Positions 56,301 to 64,000 of a DNA stretch of 64,000 nucleotides are shown one piece after another (within the stretch, counting starts at the first letter, position 1; each line of letters starts with the position of its first letter). The notes beneath the pieces are model-generated. The model ran no database searches. It was not told where the DNA came from and worked only from the letters and a program-made list of their open reading frames with translations. A program made the position numbers and the translations under genes. The DNA comes from an uncultured Chloroflexia bacterium (GTDB lineage Bacteria; Chloroflexota; Anaerolineae; Anaerolineales; UBA4823), in assembly GCA_963797475.1 (NCBI GenBank), contig CAWCPR010000001.1, forward strand, positions 53,284 to 117,283. Reading direction: 5' to 3'.

Positions 56301-57144
56301 GCTGAGGGTGGAGCCCGGGCGGCTCTCCGTCAGCGAGCTGGACGCCAATGCCCAGGCCGCGGCGGGTGAGCGGGTTATTTTCGATCTAGCGGGGGTTTAC
56401 ACGACGACCGCCCTATCCACCGAGGGGGATTACCTGGCGCTGCAGGATGAGAACCGGGTGGTGTTGGTGTACGCCCTGCCTTCCGGAGAACCGGTCGAGA
56501 GCTACCCGCAAGACGGAGCGGTCAACGGCCTGACGTTCAGCGCGGGCAGCTCAGTGTTAGCCATTGGCGATCCCCTGGAAATCCGCTTCCAGAAAGGGAA
56601 CCCGGGCTCTTCCTTTTCAGGCTTACCGCCGGTCCAGCGAGCCGCCGGCTTCGGCCTGAGCGCGCTGGCCTTCAAGCCGCCGTCCGGCCCTTTCTTCCTG
56701 GCGCCCGGCGGCGACCTGGCTTCCGGCTATACGGATGGGAGCATTCGCTTGTGGAACCTGGATCCGTCTGCCAGCCGGGCCTTCGGCGGCGTCCCGGTTG
56801 AATTCAACCGCCACACGAGCCCGGTCACCAGCCTGGCCTTCAGCCCGGATGGAAGGCTCATGGCCTCCGGCAGCAGCGACAACACCCTGATCCTATGGGA
56901 CCTGGAGACCCGCCAGCCGGTCGGCTCGCCGCTGGCCGGCGCTCGGTTTGGCGTGACCGCCCTGGCTTTCCGGGATGACGATACGTTATTGGCCGGCTAC
57001 GAAGACGGGCGTCTGCTGGAATGGGACCTGCGCCTACAGCGCTGGGTCGAGATCGCCTGCGGGCTGGCGGGAGAGCCGCTGTCTAGAGATGAGCAGGCGC
57101 AGTATTTTCCCAATTTAGAATACCGAAATGTGTGCGGGCAATAA
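53368..57144 (+). CDS. nSTAND-type P-loop NTPase - single TM helix - WD40 repeat protein
   Basis: N-terminal NPFVGPRAIEYGEPIFGRQNE with Walker A YSPSGAGKSSL. TM helix FLIVVITLLVAAVIFGVFAFI. More than eight WD40-like repeats (LAFSPDGKWLASGG, VAFSPDGKVFVSGG, LAFSPDGRLMASGSSDNTLILWD). Confidence 0.9.
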   Translation: MRLNETPENPANPFVGPRAIEYGEPIFGRQNETRKLTNLILANRILLLYSPSGAGKSSLIQAALLPRLEGRNFLVLPIMRVNLAPPIALENSAGINHPAGFNRYIFSVLTSLEEGQPAEERLPVEALAGMSFDQYLQRYESSRILLIFDQFEEILTADPLDREAKNAFFEQVGEALATPNRWALFAIREDYLGAMEPYQLLVPTRFKFTFRLDLLEKEAAREVIQSTAAQGGVDFKADAASRLVDDLAEVKVQLADGSLEARTGDYVEPVHLQVVCSHLWEKRNPGAAEITADEIAEIGGVDESLAFYYDQRVAQVAQESGVSQRLIRSWFENELISESGIRSPVLMEPGSSAGLANAAILKLVDAHLVRRDARQSATWFELAHDRLIAPIRRSNSLWFERNLSVLQRQAARWQQENRPDHLLLRGETLASEETWAAGHPDEMTQEDRAFLEASQALRQKEEAAQRLEAEMRRSRLQRRFLIVVITLLVAAVIFGVFAFIQTINAANQAAANAALAFQNQNIAKTAQNAEGAALTAEAAARSQQANAESARATADVLRVTAEAGATAEADQRLQADNAKKIAQQQASLSLARQMAAQGRNYLSVDTRIAAQFALESNLITRTWESSSLLLDLVLGTTGDAIQEYGPPIPSQEGAIFSIALSPDRQRLAWGTLNGYVAVWNYQEGRMEWRQAKHNGNVLSLAFSPDGKWLASGGVNPELNIWDVANGTVVARLNVTNRVYGLDFHPSQPWLAAVNLNEIRIYDTNTWTEIPAMRYPTEPDWIQDITWSPDGSLLASAEFADENPPNNGIVVWDASTQQHKLSFPNNFSLYSLSWSAEGDFVAAGSTDGRVIVGNMRTGKEVPTGIASTGQDVRGVAFSPDGKVFVSGGEDQAISLFSTNGYTPIGQLKLDDPPRLIYDLEFPPLRGANLLAAAQNNFNTASYNVGLYLIAPENPLSSELSSGQGAVRGAAALPDGGLRLLRVEPGRLSVSELDANAQAAAGERVIFDLAGVYTTTALSTEGDYLALQDENRVVLVYALPSGEPVESYPQDGAVNGLTFSAGSSVLAIGDPLEIRFQKGNPGSSFSGLPPVQRAAGFGLSALAFKPPSGPFFLAPGGDLASGYTDGSIRLWNLDPSASRAFGGVPVEFNRHTSPVTSLAFSPDGRLMASGSSDNTLILWDLETRQPVGSPLAGARFGVTALAFRDDDTLLAGYEDGRLLEWDLRLQRWVEIACGLAGEPLSRDEQAQYFPNLEYRNVCGQ

Positions 57145-57186
57145 ATAACCCCGATAACGCTAATCGATGATGCCTTGTTGGTTTTT

Positions 57187-59091
57187 TTATTCCTCGGAAA
57201 ATATTTGTCCGTTCCGAAATCTCTCCCAATCGGTCTCAAACCAGGTTTGTACATCAGGCAAGTCTCTTTTCTCAACCCACCTTGAGCGGATTTCTGCGCC
57301 TGGATGTGCGCTTGTCTCCAGGACCTTGCTTTGATAGGCGGCGTTTTCCTTTTGCAGATCCCAATTTCCAGGCGATTTTTCCAGGAGCGCATCCCCCGCC
57401 ATTTGGACTACGATACTCGAGCCCCGGCTGCCCACACCGCTTTCTAACTGGTACAAAATGGCTTCCAGGTAGACGAGATGCGCAAAGCAAAGGTGGCGCG
57501 TCCGAAGGGCGTACCATAGACCGCCTTCGCCCGAATAGGCACAGCCTTCCTCTTGAACTTGTCTCCACTGCCGGCGCGCTTCCTGGACGCCTCGCCGGCA
57601 AGTCTCCAGGCTGCGGACATGGGCGCCGCAAACGCTCATCCTTTGCTTCATCGCAGAAACCTCAGTTTGCCAGGAGCTGCGGCGGTTTTCTCGAGATTTT
57701 TCTACCCAAAGGAAAAGCTCGTTGGCAGTCTCTTGTGCTTTCTCCATGAATATCTCCCGGTTAACGGTCCATTCTGCATAGCGGTGAGCGATAAACGCCG
57801 CGGCTCGGAACCCACCCACCTGGCCTGCGTTTAATGCAGTGCCTCCAGGACGGGCTACTCCGTGCGACCCATTGACTTCTCCAATCGGAAAGAGGTGGCG
57901 GATATTCTGCGATTCCCACCAGATATTGGCTGCCAGGCCGCCATTATTGTGCTGGGCGCAGACCCGCACCTCAAGCGGTTCCTGTTGAAGATCAATCCCA
58001 TGCTCCAGATAGAATACGTAGGCGTCCGGATTCATGCTGCGCAGCCTTTGAACGGGCGTATCTGCTTTAGCATTCGATTTCTCGAGAAAAGCCAGCGCCT
58101 CAAGGTCAAGCTGTCCGGTCTCGAAAGCGCCTGGATTCTGGCGGTAGTCGAGGAACACCCGGCGGCCTTTTTGAGTCGTCTCGATATCCACCAGGAAATC
58201 CAGTATGGATGAACCATTTATAACTTTGCGGGCGTCGAAGGGCCATTGGTAGCCTTTCAGGAAAGTTAAAGAATGGAGCCTGGAGGGCGTATCAAAAAAC
58301 GCGCTCAAAAACTCACGCTCGTCCGATTGACCGTCCGAGGCGGTGCTGATAAAACGCGGGATGCACTGCATAAAGGAACCCGAGACACACCAGCGCACCT
58401 TTGTCGAGGCGATCCCAAATTGAGACTCCGGCAGATTCTGCGCTTTTGCACCGGTCATCAAGGCCAGCCCGATGCCGCCATAATGACTTTTGGGATAAAC
58501 ACTGTTCTCATATAGTCCTCCAGGCCCTCCAACTGCAAAAATGATGTTTTCTGCTGCGTAGACTTCAAACCCTGCTTGTGAATCGATCGTGATCACACCC
58601 GCAGCGCGCTCAGCCCCTGCCTGTTCAATCTTGATGAGCTCGACAACCTGCCGGTCCTCTTTGACAGGGATTGCCAACGTTCTCATTCTCGCGATGAGCG
58701 CCTTGCACATTTCACGAGAAGTATACGGGCCTATCGAGGTCGCCCGCCGGCGCGGGTCGTGGTCGGTTTTGTAACCGATGAATTGTCCATATTTATTTTG
58801 TGGGAACGGGATCCCGAGCTCGACCAGATGGAGGAACGCCCGGGCAGACAAACCGGCTTCCACCAAAGCCAGGTCTCCGTGCATGCTTCCGGCTGCGCAG
58901 ATATCCTTCGCCATTTGATGAATGGAGTCCGGCTCGTCGCCGCATAGAGAAAGCTTATAGTACGTCTGTTTATCGCTGCCGGTATTAACTGAAGTGCTTT
59001 TGTCCAGGCCTTCGGTGAGAATGAGGAGATCGCGGATGCCTTGATTCCAGAGCTGGACGGCCGCGTTCAGCCCGGCCGCGCCGCTTCCCAC
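57187..59091 (-). CDS. FAD-dependent oxidoreductase (fumarate reductase/succinate dehydrogenase flavoprotein-like fold)
   Basis: Dinucleotide-binding IVGSGAAGLNAAVQL sits at the extreme N-terminus. The listed start is GTG, and the real start may be a few codons upstream at a non-ATG codon. Flavoprotein motifs run through the sequence. Confidence 0.75.
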   Translation of the reverse strand: MGSGAAGLNAAVQLWNQGIRDLLILTEGLDKSTSVNTGSDKQTYYKLSLCGDEPDSIHQMAKDICAAGSMHGDLALVEAGLSARAFLHLVELGIPFPQNKYGQFIGYKTDHDPRRRATSIGPYTSREMCKALIARMRTLAIPVKEDRQVVELIKIEQAGAERAAGVITIDSQAGFEVYAAENIIFAVGGPGGLYENSVYPKSHYGGIGLALMTGAKAQNLPESQFGIASTKVRWCVSGSFMQCIPRFISTASDGQSDEREFLSAFFDTPSRLHSLTFLKGYQWPFDARKVINGSSILDFLVDIETTQKGRRVFLDYRQNPGAFETGQLDLEALAFLEKSNAKADTPVQRLRSMNPDAYVFYLEHGIDLQQEPLEVRVCAQHNNGGLAANIWWESQNIRHLFPIGEVNGSHGVARPGGTALNAGQVGGFRAAAFIAHRYAEWTVNREIFMEKAQETANELFLWVEKSRENRRSSWQTEVSAMKQRMSVCGAHVRSLETCRRGVQEARRQWRQVQEEGCAYSGEGGLWYALRTRHLCFAHLVYLEAILYQLESGVGSRGSSIVVQMAGDALLEKSPGNWDLQKENAAYQSKVLETSAHPGAEIRSRWVEKRDLPDVQTWFETDWERFRNGQIFSEE

Positions 59092-59178
59092 GATTAATGG
59101 TATGCACCCAGTGGACAGGCAGGGACATCCCTTCTGCTTCGATAAATTCTGAAAGAATATTGGTTTGGCTCATAGCGC

Positions 59179-59207
59179 TTGACTTTCTTTTACTCGACTG
59201 GTATACT
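59179..59207 (+). promoter_or_regulatory. Sigma-70-like promoter (TTGACT-17-TATACT with TGG extended -10) followed by palindrome ATGGTATACCA
   Basis: Read directly. It lies upstream of the split uxaA genes. The palindrome at 59212-59222 is a candidate GntR/FadR-type operator (TGGTnnnACCA). Confidence 0.5.
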
Positions 59208-59336
59208 GGAATATGGTATACCAAGTATATCAGCAATCTTGTCCTTTATTCTGATGAATCTCTTTTCATCCGCCCCAGGCCTTCGGCCAGAGCAGAACGT
59301 TCAGCGCAATCCTACTCTGAATCTATCCAAACGAAC

Positions 59337-59633
59337 ATGCAAAATATGAAAAATAATAGCTCATTTAACACCAGGTCGGTCCGGCTTCACCCGGACGATA
59401 CGGTCGCCTGCGCCTTGCAGCCCCTTCAAGCGGGAGAAGCAGTTCAGGTTGGCGATATTGAAGGATCCATGGCGGGGGAGATCGTCCTGCTGGAGGGGAT
59501 ACCGCTTGGGCATAAGTTTGCCCTTTGCCCAATCCAGGCCGGCGATGCGATCCGCAAGCATGGTGTGGTCATTGGGCGGGCGACCGCCGCGATCCCGGCC
59601 GGCGCCTGGGTCTCGGAGCATAATCTCGAGTGA
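59337..59633 (+). CDS. UxaA-family sugar-acid dehydratase, N-terminal SAF-domain subunit
   Basis: A roughly 98-aa SAF-like small subunit (HPDDTVACALQPLQAGE...GHKFAL). ATG at 59337 (MQNMKNN). Confidence 0.7.
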   Translation: MQNMKNNSSFNTRSVRLHPDDTVACALQPLQAGEAVQVGDIEGSMAGEIVLLEGIPLGHKFALCPIQAGDAIRKHGVVIGRATAAIPAGAWVSEHNLE

Positions 59634-59677
59634 ACCGTTACCATGAATGATTTTACATTTCAAAAAAGGAAGCACCG

Positions 59678-60793
59678 ATGGCAATCTTAGGTTATCTGAG
59701 GCCGGATGGACAAATTGGAATTCGCAATCACGTTGCAGTGATCTATACCAACGATTGCTCGAAAGTCGTGGCGCGTAAGGCGGCGCAAATGATCCCCGGC
59801 GCGCACGTTTTCGGTTGGCCGCACGGCTGTAACTGGTCGCAGGTGGCGTTCGATAAGCTGGTGGCTTTGGGACGCCATCCCAATATTGCCGGGGCCCTGG
59901 TATTTGGAATCGGCTGCGAGCGCATCCGGGCTGAAGATGTCGCCGACGGGATCCGAGCTTCCGGAAAACTTGCTTTCCACATCGTGATCGAGGAGATCGG
60001 CGGCACCCTGCGAGCTGTCGAAGAAGGTTCTCGCTTGTTGATGCAGCTCGTCCGCTCCGCATCCCAGGCCAGCCGCGCCCCACTGGAGCTTTCCGATCTG
60101 GTGATCGCCGTCGATTGCGCGGCTTCGGACGCCACCTCAGGACTGGCGTCGAACCCCGCTGCAGGCGTCGCCTCGGACTTGCACGTGCAGGCAGGCGGGG
60201 TGAGCTATTTTTTGGACGTTCCTGAAGAGTTGATCGGCTGTGGAGATTTTCTGGCCAGCCGGGCCTGCGATCCGCAGACGGCCGCCGAGCTCAAACGGCT
60301 GGCGTCTGTCGCCCCGGACGACCCAAAAATCCGTCCCCCTTACGGGAATGTGCGCGGCGGGATTACCACTTTTCGAGAGAAAGCCGCCGGCGCCCTGGCG
60401 AAAGCCGGCAGCATGCCGGTCACAGGGGTGATCACGACCTTCGAAAAACCCAACAGGAAAGGCCTGTATTTGGTGAGCGCTCCCCCGGGGTCCTGGACGA
60501 ACGACTTAGACCCGCAGTGCGTCATGGTCCTGGCTGCGGCGGGCGCGCACCTGGTCGTAGAAACGACCGGCTGTGGAACGGTGACCGGCGGCGCGGTGGC
60601 CCCGGTCATTAAAGTCTGCGCCAATCCGGACACTTGCCGCCGGCAGCCGGACAATATCGACGTGGATCTGAGCGAGATCATGAGCGCAGGGGAAACGATC
60701 GCGGCCGCCGGTCAAAGGATTTATCAAGAAGCCCTGGCAGTGGCGGGCGGAAAGCTGACCTGTTCAGAAATTCTCGGGCACTACGAAGATTAA
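59678..60793 (+). CDS. UxaA-family sugar-acid dehydratase (altronate/galactarate dehydratase type), large subunit
   Basis: Family-typical N-terminus MAILGYLRPDGQIGIRNHVAVIYTNDCS and GWPHGC. Confidence 0.8.
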   Translation: MAILGYLRPDGQIGIRNHVAVIYTNDCSKVVARKAAQMIPGAHVFGWPHGCNWSQVAFDKLVALGRHPNIAGALVFGIGCERIRAEDVADGIRASGKLAFHIVIEEIGGTLRAVEEGSRLLMQLVRSASQASRAPLELSDLVIAVDCAASDATSGLASNPAAGVASDLHVQAGGVSYFLDVPEELIGCGDFLASRACDPQTAAELKRLASVAPDDPKIRPPYGNVRGGITTFREKAAGALAKAGSMPVTGVITTFEKPNRKGLYLVSAPPGSWTNDLDPQCVMVLAAAGAHLVVETTGCGTVTGGAVAPVIKVCANPDTCRRQPDNIDVDLSEIMSAGETIAAAGQRIYQEALAVAGGKLTCSEILGHYED

Positions 60794-60837
60794 TTCGATT
60801 CGAAAACAGCGCAGCAAGGAACTGGAGTTTAGGCCCA

Positions 60838-61683
60838 ATGAGCTCTACCATCTTAGAGAACAACAGTCTACGGGTTGAAATCACCCCGACAGGCGGCATG
60901 AACGTTATCGAGAAAACTTCCGGCGCGTTCTGGGTACAGGATCCCTGGGCGAGCAGTCCAGGAGAGCTGTATCTGAAAGACCGGATATCCGGCAAGATCA
61001 ACCGCTGTGATTTGCAGCGATCGGGTGAAATTGTTTTCGACGAGATCGCTTCAAATCGCCTGTCCATTCGCTATTGCAGCCCGGTCGACGAGGATGGACA
61101 GGCCCACCCCGAAGTCGAAGTGGACATCCTTCTTTCCCTGGCAGGCGATTCACCTGAGCTTTCCGTGATCGTCAACTCCGTCCGTTATGATCCCGCACGC
61201 TGCGGCTTTGAGTCGCTGATCTACCCGCTGCGCTTCGGCAGCCTGATGACCGACCGAGACCAGGGTTACCTGGCGATCCCTTTTAACCAGGGGGCGCTGG
61301 TGCCCTGCGGGCGATTCAAGCTGCCGCTGCGAGATGAGTGGCACCAGTGGGACGACCTCTCCTGGCAGGTGTCCGGGCTTGCCTGGGGAACCGAGGGCGC
61401 CGCTGGCGACTTGAACGTGTACGGCTGGAATGCTTTATCCATGCCCTGGTATGGCGCAGTTAAAGGAGACAGCGCATTTGTGGCCGTTTTAGAAACGGAA
61501 AACGATGCGAAACTCAACTTCATCCTGAATTACAACTTGCAAGAGAATTTTAACCGGACAGGCTCCCGCTCTCCTTATCCTCGCATTGAGGCGCTGTCGC
61601 CGCGCTGGCTGTCGAACTCGGGGCGACTTTGGTTACTCAAGGCGAATGGTGTACCGATTTTTCTCGCGAGGTACGCATGTTGA
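60838..61683 (+). CDS. Hypothetical protein (281 aa)
   Basis: Clean ORF with an RBS. Its stop is 1 nt before the ATG of the next ORF, in another frame. Confidence 0.5.
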   Translation: MSSTILENNSLRVEITPTGGMNVIEKTSGAFWVQDPWASSPGELYLKDRISGKINRCDLQRSGEIVFDEIASNRLSIRYCSPVDEDGQAHPEVEVDILLSLAGDSPELSVIVNSVRYDPARCGFESLIYPLRFGSLMTDRDQGYLAIPFNQGALVPCGRFKLPLRDEWHQWDDLSWQVSGLAWGTEGAAGDLNVYGWNALSMPWYGAVKGDSAFVAVLETENDAKLNFILNYNLQENFNRTGSRSPYPRIEALSPRWLSNSGRLWLLKANGVPIFLARYAC

Positions 61684-61684
61684 A

Positions 61685-62890
61685 ATGGCAGGTTACTATC
61701 GAGGCATCGCCGAACGCCAGGGATTGCTGGTGACTTTGCAGGACAAGCTCAGCGACAACCCGGAAGTCGAAAAATTGTTCGGCGCGGCGATGATCCAGGT
61801 GGACGGAGGTTACCCCTGGTATACCGACTACAAATCCATGATGTATACCTGGAAAGATCTGCGCCGGGTCGCCGACGATCTGCACGACAACCTGGGCGTC
61901 GAACGGGCATTTCTCTGCGCCTGGGGCGGCTATGCAAAACTGCCTCCAGAATCGGTTCCTTTCCACCCCGCGTGGGGCTCTGAAGAGGAACTGGGCGATA
62001 CGGTCCGCCGCATACTGGACCTGGGCTACCTGTACACGACATACCACGGCTATCCGGCGAACCTGCCGCACGCCGAAAGCTTCACCCCCGACGAAGCCAG
62101 GATGAGCCCCTCGGGCGAGATCGGTGGGCGTTGGGGCGGGCGTTGTTCCACTTCTTTCTTGAAGTATGCCCAGCGCGACCTGCCCAGGGCAATCGCAGTG
62201 AGCGGGCAGACCGCTGATTACACGGATATGGTCACCGCCAGCGGCCTGGTGGAATGCTACCACCCGGACCACCCGCTGACCCGAACTCAAGACCGGGAAC
62301 AGCGCATGGCGCTATTGCGCTACATCCGCTCTCTTGGGCTGATCGCCGGCTCCGAGGTGGCGCAAGCCTACGCTATCCCGGCCCTGGACTACTGCAAGGG
62401 CGGCATGATTGTAGGCCTGCGTTATTTCTTGCTCCAGCACATCCATGCGCCCCTGCTCAGCCTGGTTTTCCACGACTGCCTGGTAGCTTACGACGGCACT
62501 GTGGGCACCTCCCGGCGCAAGGAATACTCGAACGAAACCCTCGAATGCCTGGCGTACGGCGTCCAGCCCATTTTTAGCTTCAATTTTCCGCATTACGCCG
62601 GCGTCAGAGAAGTGATCCGCGAGACCACGGCGCTTTACTCTGATTTCCAGCAAAAGACGGCGCTGGAGCGGTTGATCCAGCATGAATATTTAGGAGGCGG
62701 GTTTGACGTGCAGCATACGCGCTTCTCTTCGGGCGATTCGGTTTACATCAACACAGATAGCGCCTCATTTTATACCCCAAATGGGATGGAGATCCCGGCG
62801 CGTGGATTTGTGATCGAGAGTCGTACAGGAGATTTGAAGAAAGGCGCCATCCAGACCCGCTTCGAGGCGATCGAATCTCTCAACACGTGA
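61685..62890 (+). CDS. Hypothetical protein (401 aa); possibly C-terminal part of the previous ORF if a frameshift exists
   Basis: Start taken at ATG 61685 (MAGYYRG), because the upstream in-frame stretch is Arg-rich nonsense. Confidence 0.5.
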   Translation: MAGYYRGIAERQGLLVTLQDKLSDNPEVEKLFGAAMIQVDGGYPWYTDYKSMMYTWKDLRRVADDLHDNLGVERAFLCAWGGYAKLPPESVPFHPAWGSEEELGDTVRRILDLGYLYTTYHGYPANLPHAESFTPDEARMSPSGEIGGRWGGRCSTSFLKYAQRDLPRAIAVSGQTADYTDMVTASGLVECYHPDHPLTRTQDREQRMALLRYIRSLGLIAGSEVAQAYAIPALDYCKGGMIVGLRYFLLQHIHAPLLSLVFHDCLVAYDGTVGTSRRKEYSNETLECLAYGVQPIFSFNFPHYAGVREVIRETTALYSDFQQKTALERLIQHEYLGGGFDVQHTRFSSGDSVYINTDSASFYTPNGMEIPARGFVIESRTGDLKKGAIQTRFEAIESLNT

Positions 62891-62970
62891 CGGGCACGGA
62901 TCCGTCCAGCAGGGCGTCCAGGCCTGAATCTCGAAGACAGGCATCGCCCTGCTAAATTTCAACGGAAAAA

Positions 62971-63027
62971 GGGTCGGGCGCTTGTGGCGCACCACGCATT
63001 ATGGTGAAAAGAGTTTCATCAAAATAG
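62971..63027 (+). repeat. Copy F of conserved bipartite ~60-nt motif (5' block slightly diverged), immediately upstream of the GntR promoter
   Basis: GGTCGGGCGCTTGTGGCGCACCACGCATTATGGTGAAAAGAGTTTCATCAAAATAG. Confidence 0.65.
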
Positions 63028-63035
63028 AACGATGA

Positions 63036-63064
63036 TTGACAAAGGTTGGAAGTTTAGGTATACT
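63036..63064 (+). promoter_or_regulatory. Sigma-70-like promoter (TTGACA-17-TATACT) for the GntR-family gene, overlapped by GGTATACTGGTATACGGTATGCC repeats
   Basis: Consensus -35, 17-nt spacer and near-consensus -10, all read directly. Confidence 0.55.
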
Positions 63065-63114
63065 GGTATACGGTATGCCAAGAGTATAACCTTCATTCCT
63101 CCTGATTTAAGCTA

Positions 63115-63798
63115 GTGAGAGAGCAAATTGTGATTACGAACGAAACCATCAGCTTACAACTGCAGAGAAATTTCCTGAAAGACCAAATAACGAATATCAT
63201 CCGCAACCAGATCATATCCGGGAAAATTCTGCCCAGCACAAAAATTGTAGAACGGGATGTCGCCACCTGGCTCGGGGTCAGCCGTGCGCCTGCCCGCGAC
63301 GCTCTTCTTGAGCTGGAAAAGGAAGGGCTGCTCGAATCACGCCCAAATGGTCGCTATGTGATCGAGCTTTCTCGCAAAGATATTCAAGATCTTTACCGTG
63401 TCCGCCTGGCGCTGGAAACCCTGGCTGTCGAGCTGGCAACGCACAACATGAACGACAAAAATCGAGAACAGCTCCAAGAAGCATTACAGGTGATGAGAGA
63501 CGCCCTGGAAAAAAACGACCGGGACGCATTTCACCAGAGCGATTTGAATTTGCACCGAACGATATGGGAGCAGGCAAATAACGAACATTTAGTAAAGATG
63601 CTCAACAATATGTTGGGTCCCATCTTTATGTTCATCGCCAACCCTGTTAAAGAATACAATATTTATGATTCCCACCACTACCATGAGGCGCTGGTTGAAA
63701 ATATGAGCCTTGGAGATGTGGAAGCTGCTAAGGTGAGCATTCAGCGGCACATGGAAGACTTGTTGGAAAAACGACTCCGCCAATTCGACGGTGAGTGA
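63115..63798 (+). CDS. GntR-family (FadR-subfamily) transcriptional regulator
   Basis: HTH LPSTKIVERDVATWLGVSRAPARDALLELEKEGLL plus an FCD-type helical C-terminal domain. Confidence 0.85.
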   Translation: MREQIVITNETISLQLQRNFLKDQITNIIRNQIISGKILPSTKIVERDVATWLGVSRAPARDALLELEKEGLLESRPNGRYVIELSRKDIQDLYRVRLALETLAVELATHNMNDKNREQLQEALQVMRDALEKNDRDAFHQSDLNLHRTIWEQANNEHLVKMLNNMLGPIFMFIANPVKEYNIYDSHHYHEALVENMSLGDVEAAKVSIQRHMEDLLEKRLRQFDGE

Positions 63799-63908
63799 GA
63801 ATTATTCCTGGATCGGATTATTCATACTAATGGTATTTTTGGTTTAGCATCTGGTATACCATATACCAGATCGGCGCCCTGAAATATCCCTTTTAAGGAG
63901 TTATCGCT

Positions 63909-64000
63909 TTGACCAAGGCTTTCAACGAGACTCCGAATATCCTCCTCGTAATGACCGATCAATTCAACCCTCGGTTCATTGGAGCTTACCAACCCGGGTT
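63909..64000 (+). CDS. Sulfatase, 5' fragment (continues past window end)
   Basis: PNILLVMTDQFNPRF is the classic sulfatase N-terminal motif. The start is a putative TTG after AAGGAG. Confidence 0.55.
   Translation, partial: MTKAFNETPNILLVMTDQFNPRFIGAYQPG

Noticed and set aside
1-64000. Mobile-element genes (transposase, integrase, phage structural) or tRNA/rRNA genes
   Set aside because: No DDE or tyrosine-recombinase motifs, no tRNA-like cloverleaf signatures and no rRNA-like stretches were recognised on either strand. Repeats are non-coding only.

Overview
This is a GC-rich bacterial chromosomal segment, about two-thirds G+C by eye and gene-dense, with roughly 40 protein-coding genes on both strands. 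The domain repertoire (PAS/HisKA_3 kinases, CHAT and WD40 STAND proteins, heterodimeric ABC exporters with Gly/Met-rich N-termini) resembles Chloroflexota-type filamentous bacteria, but that placement is inference. I found no rRNA, tRNA, CRISPR array, transposase or integrase. Ordinary content includes a heterodimeric ABC exporter pair, a cNMP-binding protein, a multi-domain M23/SH3b cell-wall hydrolase and a retropepsin-like lipoprotein. It also includes a PATR-repeat giant surface protein, a di-haem cytochrome c peroxidase fusion, a SAM-methyltransferase, an AfsR/SARP-type regulator split over two ORFs, an amidohydrolase and a GNAT. Further along are a flotillin-like SPFH protein, a PAS histidine kinase with NarL-type response regulator, GlpK with DhaL, a patatin-like protein, an SDR, a frameshifted MDR dehydrogenase and a GGDEF cyclase. 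The right end carries an FAD oxidoreductase, a split UxaA sugar-acid dehydratase, a GntR regulator and a 5' sulfatase fragment. Two loci stand out as candidate multi-gene conflict (phage-defence or programmed-cell-death) systems built around CHAT/caspase-like peptidases and STAND NTPases. The first, at 48492-57144, encodes a class III nucleotidyl cyclase-P-loop-TPR protein, a CHAT-SIR2 fusion and an nSTAND-TM-WD40 protein. The second, at 9713-16582, encodes a caspase-like peptidase, two small proteins and a CHAT-NACHT-HEAT protein, with a small domain shared between the peptidase C-terminus and the 111-aa protein. The window also carries at least three families of short repeats. One is a conserved bipartite motif of about 60 nt present six times, mostly next to gene starts. 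One is a palindromic REP-like family in tandem arrays at three sites, one of which duplicates the patatin gene's 3' end. One is a CCACGC-NNN-GCGTGG hairpin family. Many long antisense ORFs in the six-frame track are GC-shadow artefacts.
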